A stretch of 64,000 bases of DNA from Minisyncoccota bacterium (GCA_022843285.1 JALHNY010000002.1:21124-85123), one strand, 5' to 3'; shown: positions 9,899-19,076, numbered from the stretch's first letter. Numbers and translations are program-made. The notes: generated from the sequence alone by a model not told the origin.

Positions 9899-9952
9899 CT
9901 AGCAGTCGCAGCCTGAGCCGTGACCGCAGCCGCCTTTGACAGTGCGTTTCAT
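9899..9952 (-). CDS. candidate 17-aa Cys/Gly-rich micropeptide (MKRTVKGGCGHGSGCDC)
   Basis: ATG preceded by aggagacaac (SD at 7 nt) in a 170-bp intergenic gap; a GC hairpin plus T-rich tract lies downstream on the minus strand (9852-9880). Confidence 0.3.
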   Translation of the reverse strand: MKRTVKGGCGHGSGCDC

Positions 9953-10031
9953 GGTTGTTGTCTCCTTGTTATTAAGATGCGCCTTTAGGGCAATTTCCAC
10001 TCTAACCTACCTGCCACAAAGTTGCAAGTCC

Positions 10032-10829
10032 TCAGCCGGCGGGGGCAACCTCCACCCAGCGGGCCTCAATCACGCGCTTCCCGCTGGACTGGAACTCGAA
10101 GAAGACGCGGTAGCTGCCCTCCTCGGGGAAGGTGAGCGAGAAGGTGGTCGCCGAGTCGGAGGGCAGGAGCTCAGCTGGCATGGGGTCCCCCAGCACGAAG
10201 AGCCCGCCGCCCTCCCTGAACGCGATGGCCGACCCGCGGCTCCCGCGGTACGTGTCGAGCGGGACCTTCGTGTCCGTCCGCTCCACGCTGTACGTGAACG
10301 TAGCCTGCTCGCCGGCGCGCAGCGCGCCGAGGTCGGGAATGGAGGAGAGCGTCACCTTGTACCCCTCGCGCGCCGCGGACTGCTCAGCCGGGGGGAGATC
10401 ACGTGACGTGCCGCGCACGCGAATGGACGTCCCGGCGGTGGTGACGCGCGCGTCCGCCCTCGCGATCAGTGCCATGCGGTACGTGCCGGGCTCGCTCGGC
10501 GTGATGCCGAGTTGCGTGGTGGACGTCGCGCCACCGTGCTCGCCCGTGACGTGCTGCACGAACGTCAGGTCGTCGCGCACCAGCCAGCCGTCCACGAGAC
10601 CCTCCCACGCGTCAATCGGCTCACCCTCCTCGCTCACGGACACGAACGACACCGTGCTCGTGACCCCGGTCGTGATGATTGCCGGGTCAATCTGCACGCT
10701 CACGTTTTGCACCGGCGGCCTCACGCCGAAGGGATCCCGCGCACTGCGAAAGCTCACGGCCACGGCTCCCAGCACGACGAGTATGCCCAGGAGCGCCCAG
10801 GCTGCAATCTTGTGGTGCGGGGTCGCCAT
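10032..10829 (-). CDS. hypothetical exported/membrane-anchored protein
   Basis: 265 aa with an N-terminal signal-anchor (IAAWALLGILVVLGAVAVSF). Confidence 0.6.
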   Translation of the reverse strand: MATPHHKIAAWALLGILVVLGAVAVSFRSARDPFGVRPPVQNVSVQIDPAIITTGVTSTVSFVSVSEEGEPIDAWEGLVDGWLVRDDLTFVQHVTGEHGGATSTTQLGITPSEPGTYRMALIARADARVTTAGTSIRVRGTSRDLPPAEQSAAREGYKVTLSSIPDLGALRAGEQATFTYSVERTDTKVPLDTYRGSRGSAIAFREGGGLFVLGDPMPAELLPSDSATTFSLTFPEEGSYRVFFEFQSSGKRVIEARWVEVAPAG

Positions 10830-11225
10830 CTAGTTGCTGAACGTGATGTACGTCTGGAGGGTGGTCGCGGTGGCGACCCAGGCGAGGTACGGCAGCTGCG
10901 CGATGGCTACCCAGCGGTGGTGGCGCCACACGGCAGCCATGGACCAGACGATGCTCGCGAGGACGATGAGGATGTCGATCCAGGCGAGCGTGAGGTTTTG
11001 CAACCCGAACTGGAGCGGCGTGAACGCGAGGTTCGCCACGATGTTCACGGCGAAGGGGAGCGCGACGCGCGCCGGCAGGCGCCCGCGGAGCACCTGCACG
11101 AACACGAAGCCGTGCGTGATGGCGATGATGGGGTACAGGACGCCCCAAATCATCCCAATCGTTCCCGCCTCGGGGGTCCAAGACGGCTTGGCCAGTCCGT
11201 CGTACCAGTCGCGCCAGGCTTCCAT
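10830..11225 (-). CDS. tspO: TspO/MBR family tryptophan-rich sensory protein
   Basis: W..W...L.KPSWTPP....WGVLY signature (MEAWRDWYDGLAKPSWTPEAGTIGMIWGVLYP) and 4-5 TM helices. Confidence 0.7.
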   Translation of the reverse strand: MEAWRDWYDGLAKPSWTPEAGTIGMIWGVLYPIIAITHGFVFVQVLRGRLPARVALPFAVNIVANLAFTPLQFGLQNLTLAWIDILIVLASIVWSMAAVWRHHRWVAIAQLPYLAWVATATTLQTYITFSN

Positions 11226-11234
11226 GCCTCTACT

Positions 11235-11666
11235 TTACTGCAGGCGCTCCGCGAGGTCGATGACGAAGAGCGCGAGTGACCCCCACCACGTCACCACCGA
11301 GACGAGGAAGCTCACCGTGATGCCAGCCTGCCAGGAGCTCGGCAGCAGCTCGGACGCGTGCCCCTCGCGCTCTCGGCGCAGCAGGAAGGGGCTCACCGCG
11401 AACGTGAGGAAGAGCCCGTTCGCGACGAGCACCGCGAGTCCGGCCCACTGCAGCGTGGTGGCTGCTCCCGCCCAGAGCCCTGCCGCGTAGAGCAGCGTGC
11501 CGATCCAGATGAGCGGCTTCGTCACCTTGTGTGCGCGCGTGGTCGCCTCGGTCCAGTACGCGGAGTTTCTGCCGAGGAAGCCGTGCACGTCGATGACGGT
11601 CACGGCACCGAGCGCGATGGTGAAGCCGGCGATGGTCAGCGCGAGCGAGGCGAGCTCCATGCCCAC
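11235..11666 (-). CDS. hypothetical membrane protein
   Basis: 143 aa, 4 TM helices. Confidence 0.55.
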   Translation of the reverse strand: MGMELASLALTIAGFTIALGAVTVIDVHGFLGRNSAYWTEATTRAHKVTKPLIWIGTLLYAAGLWAGAATTLQWAGLAVLVANGLFLTFAVSPFLLRREREGHASELLPSSWQAGITVSFLVSVVTWWGSLALFVIDLAERLQ

Positions 11667-11721
11667 ATCATAGCACCGCAGCTTGACGCTTCATGCCCAA
11701 AGGCGTACTCATAAAGGTCCA

Positions 11722-12198
11722 ATGCCAAAGAAGCACGATACTGAGCAGGAGCCGCTCGCGGAGCGCTTCATCAGCGGGGCCACCAAGTGGCTCGGCAGCA
11801 CCACGTCGCTCATCGTACACACGGTGTTCTTCGTCGCGTGCTTCGTGCTCATCCTCATGGGCTTCTCGTTCGAGAAGGTCCTGCTGACCCTCACCACCGC
11901 CGTCTCGCTCGAGGCTATCTACCTCGCGCTCTTCATCCAGATGTCCGTGAACCGCACCACCGAGTCGCTCGAGGCGGTCGAGGAGGAGCTCGCCGAGATT
12001 GAGGAGGACGTCCAGGAGATTCACGAGGACGTCGCGGAAATCGAGAAGGACATCGACGAGATCCAGGAGGACATCGACGAGATCGAGAAGGACGAGGACG
12101 AGTGGCGCAAGCGCGACGCTGCCGATGCCCAGAGCCTGAAGGCAATCGAGGACCGGCTCTCCGCGATTCTCGCGGACCTCGAGAAGCTCCGCCGCTAG
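11722..12198 (+). CDS. DUF1003-like membrane protein with an acidic coiled-coil C-terminus
   Basis: aaagg SD before ATG 11722; two TM helices followed by an EEELAEIEEDVQEIHEDVAEIEKDIDEIQEDIDEIEKDEDE repeat tract. Confidence 0.6.
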   Translation: MPKKHDTEQEPLAERFISGATKWLGSTTSLIVHTVFFVACFVLILMGFSFEKVLLTLTTAVSLEAIYLALFIQMSVNRTTESLEAVEEELAEIEEDVQEIHEDVAEIEKDIDEIQEDIDEIEKDEDEWRKRDAADAQSLKAIEDRLSAILADLEKLRR

Positions 12199-13208
12199 CG
12201 GATCAGCATCGCGTCTCCGAAGGAGAAGAGGCGGTACCGTTCGCGCACCGCCTCTCCGTACGCGCGGAGCAGCTCGCCACGCCCGGTGAGGCTGGCAACG
12301 AGCTGCATGAGGCTCGAGCGGGGGACGTGAAAGTTCGTGACGAGCTGGTCCACGACCCGGAACTCGTACCCCGGCCTGATGAAGAGGTCCGTTTCGCCGC
12401 GGGAGGCGACGCCGCCCGATGACTCGAGCGCGCGGGCCACGGTGGTGCCGACCGCGACCACCGGCTTGCCCGAAGCCTTGGCGCGGGCGATGGCGCGCGC
12501 CGCGCCTGCCGGCACCTCGTACCACTCGCGGTGCAGCGCGCCAGCCTCCACCTGCTCTGCGGTCAGCGGTGCGAACGTGCCGAGCCCCACGTGCAGCGTG
12601 ATGGTCACGACCCTCACGCCCTTCGCCTCGAGCTTCTTGATCAGGCGGTTCGTGAGGTGCAGCGACGCGGTCGGTGCGGCGGCAGACCCGGCTGCACGCG
12701 CCACCACGGACTGGTACGCGGCGCGCGTCGCGCTCGCCGAGAGCGGGCGTGACTTGATGTACGGGGGCAGCGGCACGGTGCCGTACCGCGCGAGGAACGC
12801 GTCCAGGTCCTCGAAGTCGGGCTCCAGCACGTAGGTCGCGCCGTCCCGGCTCACGACTCGCAGCGACCTCTTGCCCGGCAGCTGCACGCGCGACCCCGCC
12901 GCGAGCGTGCGGTCCGCGAGCGCCTCGAACCGAGCGCCCCGGCTCTTCAGGAAGAGGATGCGCACGGCGCCGCCCGTCTCCTTTCGCGCCTCGAACCGCG
13001 CGGTTATGACCTTGGTGTCGTTCACGACCAGCACCGACCCCGGCTCGAGGAGGTCCGGCAGGTCCGTGAAGGTGCGGTGCGTGGTGCTCCCGTCCTCCCG
13101 GCTGTAGACGAGGAGGCGCGCCGCGTCTCGCGGCTTTACCGGCTGCTGCGCGATGAGCGAATCCGGGAAGGCGTAGTCGTACGCGTCGGGGTTCCAGTCT
13201 TTCCTCAT
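12195..13208 (-). CDS. queA: S-adenosylmethionine:tRNA ribosyltransferase-isomerase QueA
   Basis: MRKDWNPDAYDYAFPDSLIAQQP... and LLVYSREDG / VLVVNDTKV blocks match QueA; the ORF-track upstream extension (to 13478) lacks homology. Confidence 0.85.
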   Translation of the reverse strand: MRKDWNPDAYDYAFPDSLIAQQPVKPRDAARLLVYSREDGSTTHRTFTDLPDLLEPGSVLVVNDTKVITARFEARKETGGAVRILFLKSRGARFEALADRTLAAGSRVQLPGKRSLRVVSRDGATYVLEPDFEDLDAFLARYGTVPLPPYIKSRPLSASATRAAYQSVVARAAGSAAAPTASLHLTNRLIKKLEAKGVRVVTITLHVGLGTFAPLTAEQVEAGALHREWYEVPAGAARAIARAKASGKPVVAVGTTVARALESSGGVASRGETDLFIRPGYEFRVVDQLVTNFHVPRSSLMQLVASLTGRGELLRAYGEAVRERYRLFSFGDAMLIR

Positions 13209-13263
13209 TGCCGAGAGGTTAGCACGCTTTGAGAGGGGGCTCGCGTGCGGTACTATCCTGCCC

Positions 13264-13680
13264 ATGCCCCAAAAGAAAGTTGCCCCTCCCATCGTGCACG
13301 TCCGGAAGTCTTCCGCTGGCCTCGGCCTCTTCGCCGGCGAAGAGATCAAGCGCGGGCGCTTCATCATCGAGTACGTCGGCAACCGCATCTCGACCGACGA
13401 GGCTAACCGCAAGGGAGGTAAGTACCTCTTCGAGGTGAGCTCTCGCACCACGATTGACGGGACGCCGCGCTGGAACACGGCCCGCTACATCAACTACTCC
13501 TGCAAGCCCAACGCGGAGCCGGTCTTGGATCGGGGCCGCGTGATGATCAACGCCATCCGCCGCATCGAGGAGGGCGAGGAGATCACCTACGACTACGGCA
13601 AGGAGTACTACGACGACATCATCAAGCCGCACGGGTGCCGGTGCGCCTCGTGCCTCGCGGGCAACAAGCCTCGGTACTGA
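13264..13680 (+). CDS. SET domain-containing protein (putative protein lysine methyltransferase) with a Cys-rich post-SET tail
   Basis: RFINHSC-like NYSCKPN, EEITYDYG, and a C-terminal CRCASC cluster. Confidence 0.8.
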   Translation: MPQKKVAPPIVHVRKSSAGLGLFAGEEIKRGRFIIEYVGNRISTDEANRKGGKYLFEVSSRTTIDGTPRWNTARYINYSCKPNAEPVLDRGRVMINAIRRIEEGEEITYDYGKEYYDDIIKPHGCRCASCLAGNKPRY

Positions 13681-14330
13681 TGCCCCGGCTCTCGGTGAAA
13701 GCGCGGTCCGCGTACCTCGCCGAGCGGGACCCCGTCCTGGGCGCCGTGATTGCCCGCGTGAAGCTGCCGCCCCTCAAGAGCGCCGGTGCCATCAAGGACC
13801 GGGCGGGCGCGCACCACTTCGCGACGCTCACGACGTCCATCATCTGCCAGCAGATCTCTAACGCCGCCGCCGCGACCATCGTGCGGCGCTTCCGCGGCCT
13901 CTTCGGCGGCAGGGACCCGAGCCCGCTGCAGGTGCGGAAGGTACCCGCCGAGAAGCTGCGGGGCGCTGGGCTCTCGGGCAGCAAGGTCACGTACATTAAG
14001 GACCTCGCCGAGCACGTGCTGGATGGCCGGCTGGACCTGGATCACGTCTCGACGCTCCCGGACGACGAGCTCATGCGCGAGCTCGTCGCGGTGAAGGGGA
14101 TCGGGCCGTGGACGGCCGAGATGTTCATGATTTTTTCCGCCGGGCGCGGCGACGTGTTCTCGTTCGGCGACGCCGGTTTGGTGAACGCAATGGCGCGGCT
14201 GTACAAGCTGCGCAAGCCCGCGTCGCGTGCGCGCCTCGAGAAGATTGCCGCGCGCTGGGCGCCGCACCGCAGCCTCGCCGCGCGCTACCTGTGGGCGAGC
14301 CTGGATGCTCCGGGTGGTCCCTGGGATTGA
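13680..14330 (+). CDS. HhH-GPD superfamily DNA glycosylase (AlkA / 3-methyladenine glycosylase II-like)
   Basis: ATG overlaps the SET stop (TGATG); helix-hairpin-helix GIGPWTAEMFMIF with catalytic Asp (FSFGDAGL). Confidence 0.8.
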   Translation: MPRLSVKARSAYLAERDPVLGAVIARVKLPPLKSAGAIKDRAGAHHFATLTTSIICQQISNAAAATIVRRFRGLFGGRDPSPLQVRKVPAEKLRGAGLSGSKVTYIKDLAEHVLDGRLDLDHVSTLPDDELMRELVAVKGIGPWTAEMFMIFSAGRGDVFSFGDAGLVNAMARLYKLRKPASRARLEKIAARWAPHRSLAARYLWASLDAPGGPWD

Positions 14331-14365
14331 CGAAATCTTTCCTTAATGTATGGTGTGTACAGCAC

Positions 14366-14393
14366 TGCTCGCGGCGCGAGCAAATTTATTTTT
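14366..14393 (+). terminator. rho-independent terminator after the SET/AlkA operon
   Basis: Palindrome tgctcgcg gcgcgagca followed by aatttattttt. Confidence 0.6.
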
Positions 14394-14614
14394 AGGAGGT
14401 GTTGCCATGACCAACACGGATATTACGGTGAACTTCGTCGTCTTCGGGACGATCGGTCTCATCGTCGCTGTTTTTCTTTTCATCTTCGTGGCTCTGCCAC
14501 TCATCGGCTTATTTTTAGCCTTTTACCCGCTCATTCTGAGCGACAAGGACTTCTGCAAGGACGCGGGAGTCCGTTTTTTATTCGGGAAATCCTCGCGTGA
14601 TACCATTAGCCCGT

Positions 14615-15190
14615 ATGGCCCACCTCGACACGAGCCGCACGCACCGCCTGGGCATTCGCGCGTTTTTCCTCTTCCTCGGCTGGGGCGCCTTCTACATACT
14701 GCTCCTCCTGGCGCTCCTGTTCGCCTGGTGGTGGTACGGCGCGCGCTTCGTGCCGGACGCCTACGTGGAGTACTACGTGTACTCCGTGAAGCTGTTCGCG
14801 CTGGTCATTACCGGCTACGCGGCGTACCGCCTCCTCCACGCCTTTTTCGACTACCGCTCGCACCGGTACCGCTTCGACAGGGAGTTCTTCCACGTGGAGA
14901 AGGGGTACATCAACAAGCGCGAGGTGGGCGTCGTGTACCACCAGATCCAGACCGTGACGGTGGAGCGCCCGCTCGGCGCGCGCATGGTGGGCGTCGCGCA
15001 CCTGGACATCATCACCAGCAGCTCGGGCCACGCCCAGAACGCGAAGCTCCACGGGCTGGACATGAAGAAGGCGCGCCTGATCCAGAAGGAGCTCCTGGAG
15101 CGAGCTCGGAAGAGCCAGCACGGCGGAGAGCCCGCGTACCGGCAGGTCCCATTTGAGGACGACGAGGACGGCGAAGAGGACGAGGACTAG
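14615..15190 (+). CDS. bPH_2 (YdbS/YdbT-like bacterial PH domain) membrane protein with an acidic tail
   Basis: TM hairpin (RAFFLFLGWGAFYILLLLALLFAWWWYG) followed by a PH-like domain; ends in DDEDGEEDED; an alternative GTG start at 14597. Confidence 0.7.
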   Translation: MAHLDTSRTHRLGIRAFFLFLGWGAFYILLLLALLFAWWWYGARFVPDAYVEYYVYSVKLFALVITGYAAYRLLHAFFDYRSHRYRFDREFFHVEKGYINKREVGVVYHQIQTVTVERPLGARMVGVAHLDIITSSSGHAQNAKLHGLDMKKARLIQKELLERARKSQHGGEPAYRQVPFEDDEDGEEDED

Positions 15191-15233
15191 CCGTTGCCGA
15201 GGGGGTCCTCCTCCGCTACCATGAGGCGCGTCT

Positions 15234-15305
15234 TCCGGCGTAGCTCAATGGTAGAGCGTCTCGCTGTTAACGAGGGGGTTGTAGGTTCGAATCCTACCGC
15301 CGGAG
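15234..15305 (+). tRNA. tRNA-Asn (anticodon GTT)
   Basis: Manual cloverleaf: acceptor tccggcg/cgccgga, D-stem gctc/gagc, anticodon stem tctcg/cgagg with loop ctGTTaa, T-arm gtagg ttcgaat cctac, discriminator G, no encoded CCA. Confidence 0.85.
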
Positions 15306-16901
15306 CATTACAGGATTTTCAGCGTAGATTGGCCCCATATCGCCCGTATTTGCTGGCGTTTTCACAGGTTCTAACCTCGTATTTATCGCTCGGACCTCTT
15401 TTGCCATCTCCAGCATAGGGAATAGCAAATCGTCCCAGGAAATGCTGAGTTCTTTGTCTTTGAGGGTGAGGTTATAACCTAGCGCGGCGAATAGGTCCTT
15501 TTTCACGGTAAGGTCGTTCTGCTCTTGTGCGTTGGCAAAGGCAGCAGCCGCTTTCTCAGCGAAGCTGAAGCCTGCCTCGGCTATGTCCAGCCAGTTCTCC
15601 ACGCGCTGGTCCGTGTCTGTGAGCTGGGCGGAGAGCCGCTCCTTCTCTCCCAGGAGGATTGCCTTCCTGTCAGCGAACTCGTCCTCGGTAATCTCGCCTC
15701 CCGCCCGCATATCTATCAGGTTGTTCAGCTTCCTGACGCAGGCCTCGTAAGCGCGGCGCTGTGCCCCGTAGATGCGGTCGCGGTCCTCGGTCTCCTGGGT
15801 ATTGGCTTCCTTGAGCGCGGCGAGCGCCCAGTCCTTGAAGTCGGCGGGTATCTCTATCTTGGCAAGCTCGCGGGCAATCTGCTTCTCCAGCTCTTTCTCC
15901 TCAATGGCGGGCTGGGTGCAGGTCGGGTCTTTCCGCCGCGTGCAGTGGTAATAGGTGTAGCGGTGCGTCTTGCCGTTCTTCTGGTGCTTCACCTTCTCCT
16001 CGGCGGTTATCATCGCGCCGCATCCGCCGCAGTGCAGAGGACCGCGGTAGGCAATCTCGTGCTCCTTGCCTCGCGGGGTGCTTTTCCTGCCGAGCAGGAA
16101 CTGGATACGCTCGTACTCCTCGCGCGTAATCATCGGCTTGTGGATGCCCTTGTGCCAGTTGCCGCTGTCCACGGGATACTCAAAGTCACCGTAGTAGAAC
16201 GAGCGCGTGAACATCAGATAGACATTGCTCCTAGTGAGCGGCTTGCCCTTCGGCATCCGCAGGCCCCACTCCTTCGTCGCTATCTCCAGAATGCGGGGAG
16301 GGGAGTGCTGGCCCGTGAGCATCAGGTCAAACATCTTCCGCACGATGTCAAAGCGCTCTGGGTCGGGGTGGATGGTCTTGTTGCCCTTCTCGGCGTACTT
16401 GTCGTTCATATAGCCGACAGGCGCTTGCGCGGGATAGACGCCCATCAGCGCCTTCTGGCCGAGGCCGCGCTTTACATCGCGCCCCTTCTTCGCGCTCTCG
16501 TACTGGCTCTGGGAGAGCGCCATCTGGAGCATCCAGATGCCCTCGGGGGTGTTCTCAAAGTGGTAGGTAACGAGCTTGAGGTCGCCAATCACATTCGTGC
16601 GGAGCATATAGGTGATTTCTCCCGCGTCCTTCTCGTTGCGTGAGAGGCGGTCTGGGTGCCAGGCGATGATGCCCGTGCGCTCGCCCTTGCGGATACGCTC
16701 CAGCATATCGGCGAACGAGGGGCGGTTGAACGGCTTGAAGGCGCTGGCCTTGTCCTCAACGAACTCAATATCCAGGTCGCCGAACTTCTCCCTGAGCTTC
16801 TCTTTCTGGGCAGGGATGGAGAGCGCCTGGCGCTCCTCGCCTTCGCTGGATTTCCGCACATAGGCGAAGTACTTGATTGTGGTTGATGTTGATTTAGACA
16901 T
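15294..16901 (-). CDS. large serine recombinase (resolvase/invertase N-domain, recombinase domain, zinc ribbon)
   Basis: N-terminus MSKSTSTTIKYFAYVRKSS(catalytic Ser)EGEERQALSIPAQ...GIIAWHPDRLSRN; C-terminal CGGCG...C ribbon and coiled-coil; the last 4 codons overlap the tRNA T-arm. Confidence 0.85.
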   Translation of the reverse strand: MSKSTSTTIKYFAYVRKSSEGEERQALSIPAQKEKLREKFGDLDIEFVEDKASAFKPFNRPSFADMLERIRKGERTGIIAWHPDRLSRNEKDAGEITYMLRTNVIGDLKLVTYHFENTPEGIWMLQMALSQSQYESAKKGRDVKRGLGQKALMGVYPAQAPVGYMNDKYAEKGNKTIHPDPERFDIVRKMFDLMLTGQHSPPRILEIATKEWGLRMPKGKPLTRSNVYLMFTRSFYYGDFEYPVDSGNWHKGIHKPMITREEYERIQFLLGRKSTPRGKEHEIAYRGPLHCGGCGAMITAEEKVKHQKNGKTHRYTYYHCTRRKDPTCTQPAIEEKELEKQIARELAKIEIPADFKDWALAALKEANTQETEDRDRIYGAQRRAYEACVRKLNNLIDMRAGGEITEDEFADRKAILLGEKERLSAQLTDTDQRVENWLDIAEAGFSFAEKAAAAFANAQEQNDLTVKKDLFAALGYNLTLKDKELSISWDDLLFPMLEMAKEVRAINTRLEPVKTPANTGDMGPIYAENPVMLRR

Positions 16902-17048
16902 AGGAAAAGCCCGAGAGGGACGGCCTGGTTGACCCGATATATGCAACCACAGGGATTAGCAGATAGCGGCAAACCGCCCCTCTCGGGCTACTATCAACGC
17001 TAATAACTGGAATGGTATTCATAATCGGGTCAACATAGACATTATAAG

Positions 17049-18191
17049 CTATTTGTCGCCTAAAAGCCGCCGCAGGTACGCCCGCACCTCGTCTGGTAGC
17101 TCTACCGTGCCGTCGCTGTTTTGGAAGTCCCGCAGCTCGCGCACGATGTCCACCGCGCGTTCCACGCCCATACTGCCGTACCCATACGCGCCGAAAGTTG
17201 TGCCGATGTTCTCGTGCCCGAGCGTCAAGCTGATAGCCCGCTTTTCCTCCTCGGTGAGGCGCATCTTGCTCATCAAGCTCACCACCAAGTGTCGGTACGA
17301 GTGAGGATGGTAGTACTTCACGCCAGCGTTCACGCACCGCTTCTCAAATATCTTCCGAGCGCTTCCCGTATCGTTCCAAAAGGAACGGCCGATACTGTCC
17401 TTGCTGTACGCCTTCTTCGTGCTGATTTCGCTTGAGGTAGCGGGGAAGATAGGGTCGTCTGGGGCAAATCCCTTGCTCTCCAGGTACTCGTACCACTCCA
17501 GGAAGTAGCGGCTGGGCTCATCCCATCCGATAGGGAAGAACGTCGTGATGATGGTCTTTGAGTTCTTTGTCCGCACGCCATCCGCAGGGTTCTGATGGAT
17601 GCGACGGGTCTCTTTGTCAAAACTCTTCATCTTGAGCGAGATGATGGCGCTGATGCGGCAGCCCGTAATGAGGGCAAAGCTGATGAGCGCCCTGTCGCGC
17701 ATAGCTATCTCGTTCGTGGGTTCAATGCTCCCGATTACTTGTTGCACCTCCTCAAGCGTGGGCATCGCCTTCGTCGTACCCGATAGGACAATCTGCATAT
17801 CCTTCTTGGAGATGCGTAGGAAGTCAGTATCTGCCTTGACCAGCTTCTGGCTATATTCGGGTTGAGAGGCAAGCCACTGGAAGAACTCCTTTACTCGCCG
17901 CAGGTAGTGATACCGAGTGGCGGGCTTCAGCTTCCCGTCGGGTGTCTTTGTCGTTTTCCGAATGAGCCACTCGCAGTACGCGGCTGCTTTGGACTTATTG
18001 AAGGTCGCAAAGTCCTCGCCACCAGAGAAAACCTGCCACTGACCGATGGCGTCGGCATAGTCGTTTACGGAGCTCTCGGAGAAGCCCTTTGCTCCGCGCA
18101 GGTGCTCAAAGAAACCGCGCTTTGCCTGCTCGTTTCGGTATGGGGTTTTGTCTTGTTGGTTGGGAGTGTTCATATTCGTGCAAACCGACAT
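17049..18191 (-). CDS. tyrosine-type site-specific recombinase/integrase
   Basis: 380 aa; N-terminal SAM-like domain; C-terminal catalytic region with ...HPHSYRHLVVSLM... and R..LGH..I..T (R-H-R-Y family pattern). Confidence 0.8.
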   Translation of the reverse strand: MSVCTNMNTPNQQDKTPYRNEQAKRGFFEHLRGAKGFSESSVNDYADAIGQWQVFSGGEDFATFNKSKAAAYCEWLIRKTTKTPDGKLKPATRYHYLRRVKEFFQWLASQPEYSQKLVKADTDFLRISKKDMQIVLSGTTKAMPTLEEVQQVIGSIEPTNEIAMRDRALISFALITGCRISAIISLKMKSFDKETRRIHQNPADGVRTKNSKTIITTFFPIGWDEPSRYFLEWYEYLESKGFAPDDPIFPATSSEISTKKAYSKDSIGRSFWNDTGSARKIFEKRCVNAGVKYYHPHSYRHLVVSLMSKMRLTEEEKRAISLTLGHENIGTTFGAYGYGSMGVERAVDIVRELRDFQNSDGTVELPDEVRAYLRRLLGDK

Positions 18192-18542
18192 TTACATCTG
18201 AAATAACGGTTTCTGATAGTACTTTTGAGAGGGTTTGATTGTCCTGCTCATTTTCACGCTACAGACCGCGCACAGCCCCTTCTCCTTGTCGCCCACGACC
18301 TTCTTTGAGCCGCGCTTTGCTCGCCGCGGGCGCTTACAGCCGAAGCAAAAGAACTCGTTTTGCTTGAGCGGTGCCTTGCGCTTCTCGTCTTTGCTTTTCA
18401 GGAATGCTTGCAGGTCCGAGCCATAAATGAGGTATGGCTTTGAGCAGCCAGCAACGGTCTTGAGGCCGCTCTCCATCCAGCGAGAAACCGTCTTTTCGTT
18501 GACGCCGAGTATGCTCGTCAGCTCTGAAACGGTGTAGCTCAT
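18192..18542 (-). CDS. HTH DNA-binding protein with a C-terminal CxxC...CxxC zinc ribbon
   Basis: Starts MSYTVSELTSILGVNEKTVSRWMESG (HTH), later CFGC...CAVC; the ORF-track N-terminal extension overlaps the upstream small ORF and is rejected. Confidence 0.6.
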   Translation of the reverse strand: MSYTVSELTSILGVNEKTVSRWMESGLKTVAGCSKPYLIYGSDLQAFLKSKDEKRKAPLKQNEFFCFGCKRPRRAKRGSKKVVGDKEKGLCAVCSVKMSRTIKPSQKYYQKPLFQM

Positions 18543-18546
18543 ATTT

Positions 18547-18720
18547 TTATGTATTCCTTGCGGATTGATTTTGCTCATACGCGATGGCACGGCTCACGAT
18601 TTCAAGCAGGCGGCAAAGACGGAGCCCCTTCTCAAGGGCTTCGTCTTTGCTGATGTCTTTCCCAAAGTGCTTTTTGTAAAGCGCTTGGAACTCGGCAATC
18701 TGCTTGTCCGAGAGCCGCAT
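18547..18720 (-). CDS. 57-aa hypothetical protein (MRLSDKQIAEFQALYKKHFGKDISKDEALEKG...)
   Basis: ORF not in the track (<60 aa); its stop TAA lies 4 nt before the ATG of the HTH gene, suggesting an operon. Confidence 0.4.
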   Translation of the reverse strand: MRLSDKQIAEFQALYKKHFGKDISKDEALEKGLRLCRLLEIVSRAIAYEQNQSARNT

Positions 18721-18722
18721 CT

Positions 18723-19076
18723 CTACTCGCTGTAGAGGCGGTTCTTGAGCATCTTGAGCGTGTCAAAGTAGCTGCGTGCTTTGACCTCAAGACGGTCCGA
18801 CCAGTACTCGTCCACGACACCGTCCAGCCCGTCAGTGCGCTCAAAGACGAACTGGACCTTGTGCTTGTCGCTGCGCTTCAGGGAGGCGAGCTTGAAATGG
18901 GCGCAGACCAGCGCCGTTGCCAGCCCCAGGTCGTATGAGTAAAAAAAGTTGACGCTATCCTCAAAGGGGACGAGCTGGTAGCCCTCCTTTGGACGCTTCT
19001 TCGGTTTGTTCTTGTCCATCGTAATCTGTAGTAATGGGTTATTGAGAGCGCTTCGCGCGAAACGAAAAACGCACAC
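18723..19076 (-). CDS. small hypothetical protein (tentatively DUF5659-like; probable internal start MDKNK at 19022)
   Basis: Pattern ...YSYDLGLATALVCAHFKLASL...VQFVFERTDGLD...YWS...LKMLKNRLYSE resembles small proteins common on phage/mobile elements. Confidence 0.45.
   Translation of the reverse strand: MCVFRFARSALNNPLLQITMDKNKPKKRPKEGYQLVPFEDSVNFFYSYDLGLATALVCAHFKLASLKRSDKHKVQFVFERTDGLDGVVDEYWSDRLEVKARSYFDTLKMLKNRLYSE

Noticed and set aside
12195-13478. N-terminal 90-aa extension of queA in the ORF track
   Set aside because: QueA homology begins at MRKDWNPDAYDYAFP (13208); the extension would overlap the SET gene promoter region
14350-15156. 268-aa plus-strand ORF as a single gene
   Set aside because: Only its first roughly 60 codons (after the RBS and ATG at 14407) look genuine; the remainder is an alternative frame of the bPH_2 gene
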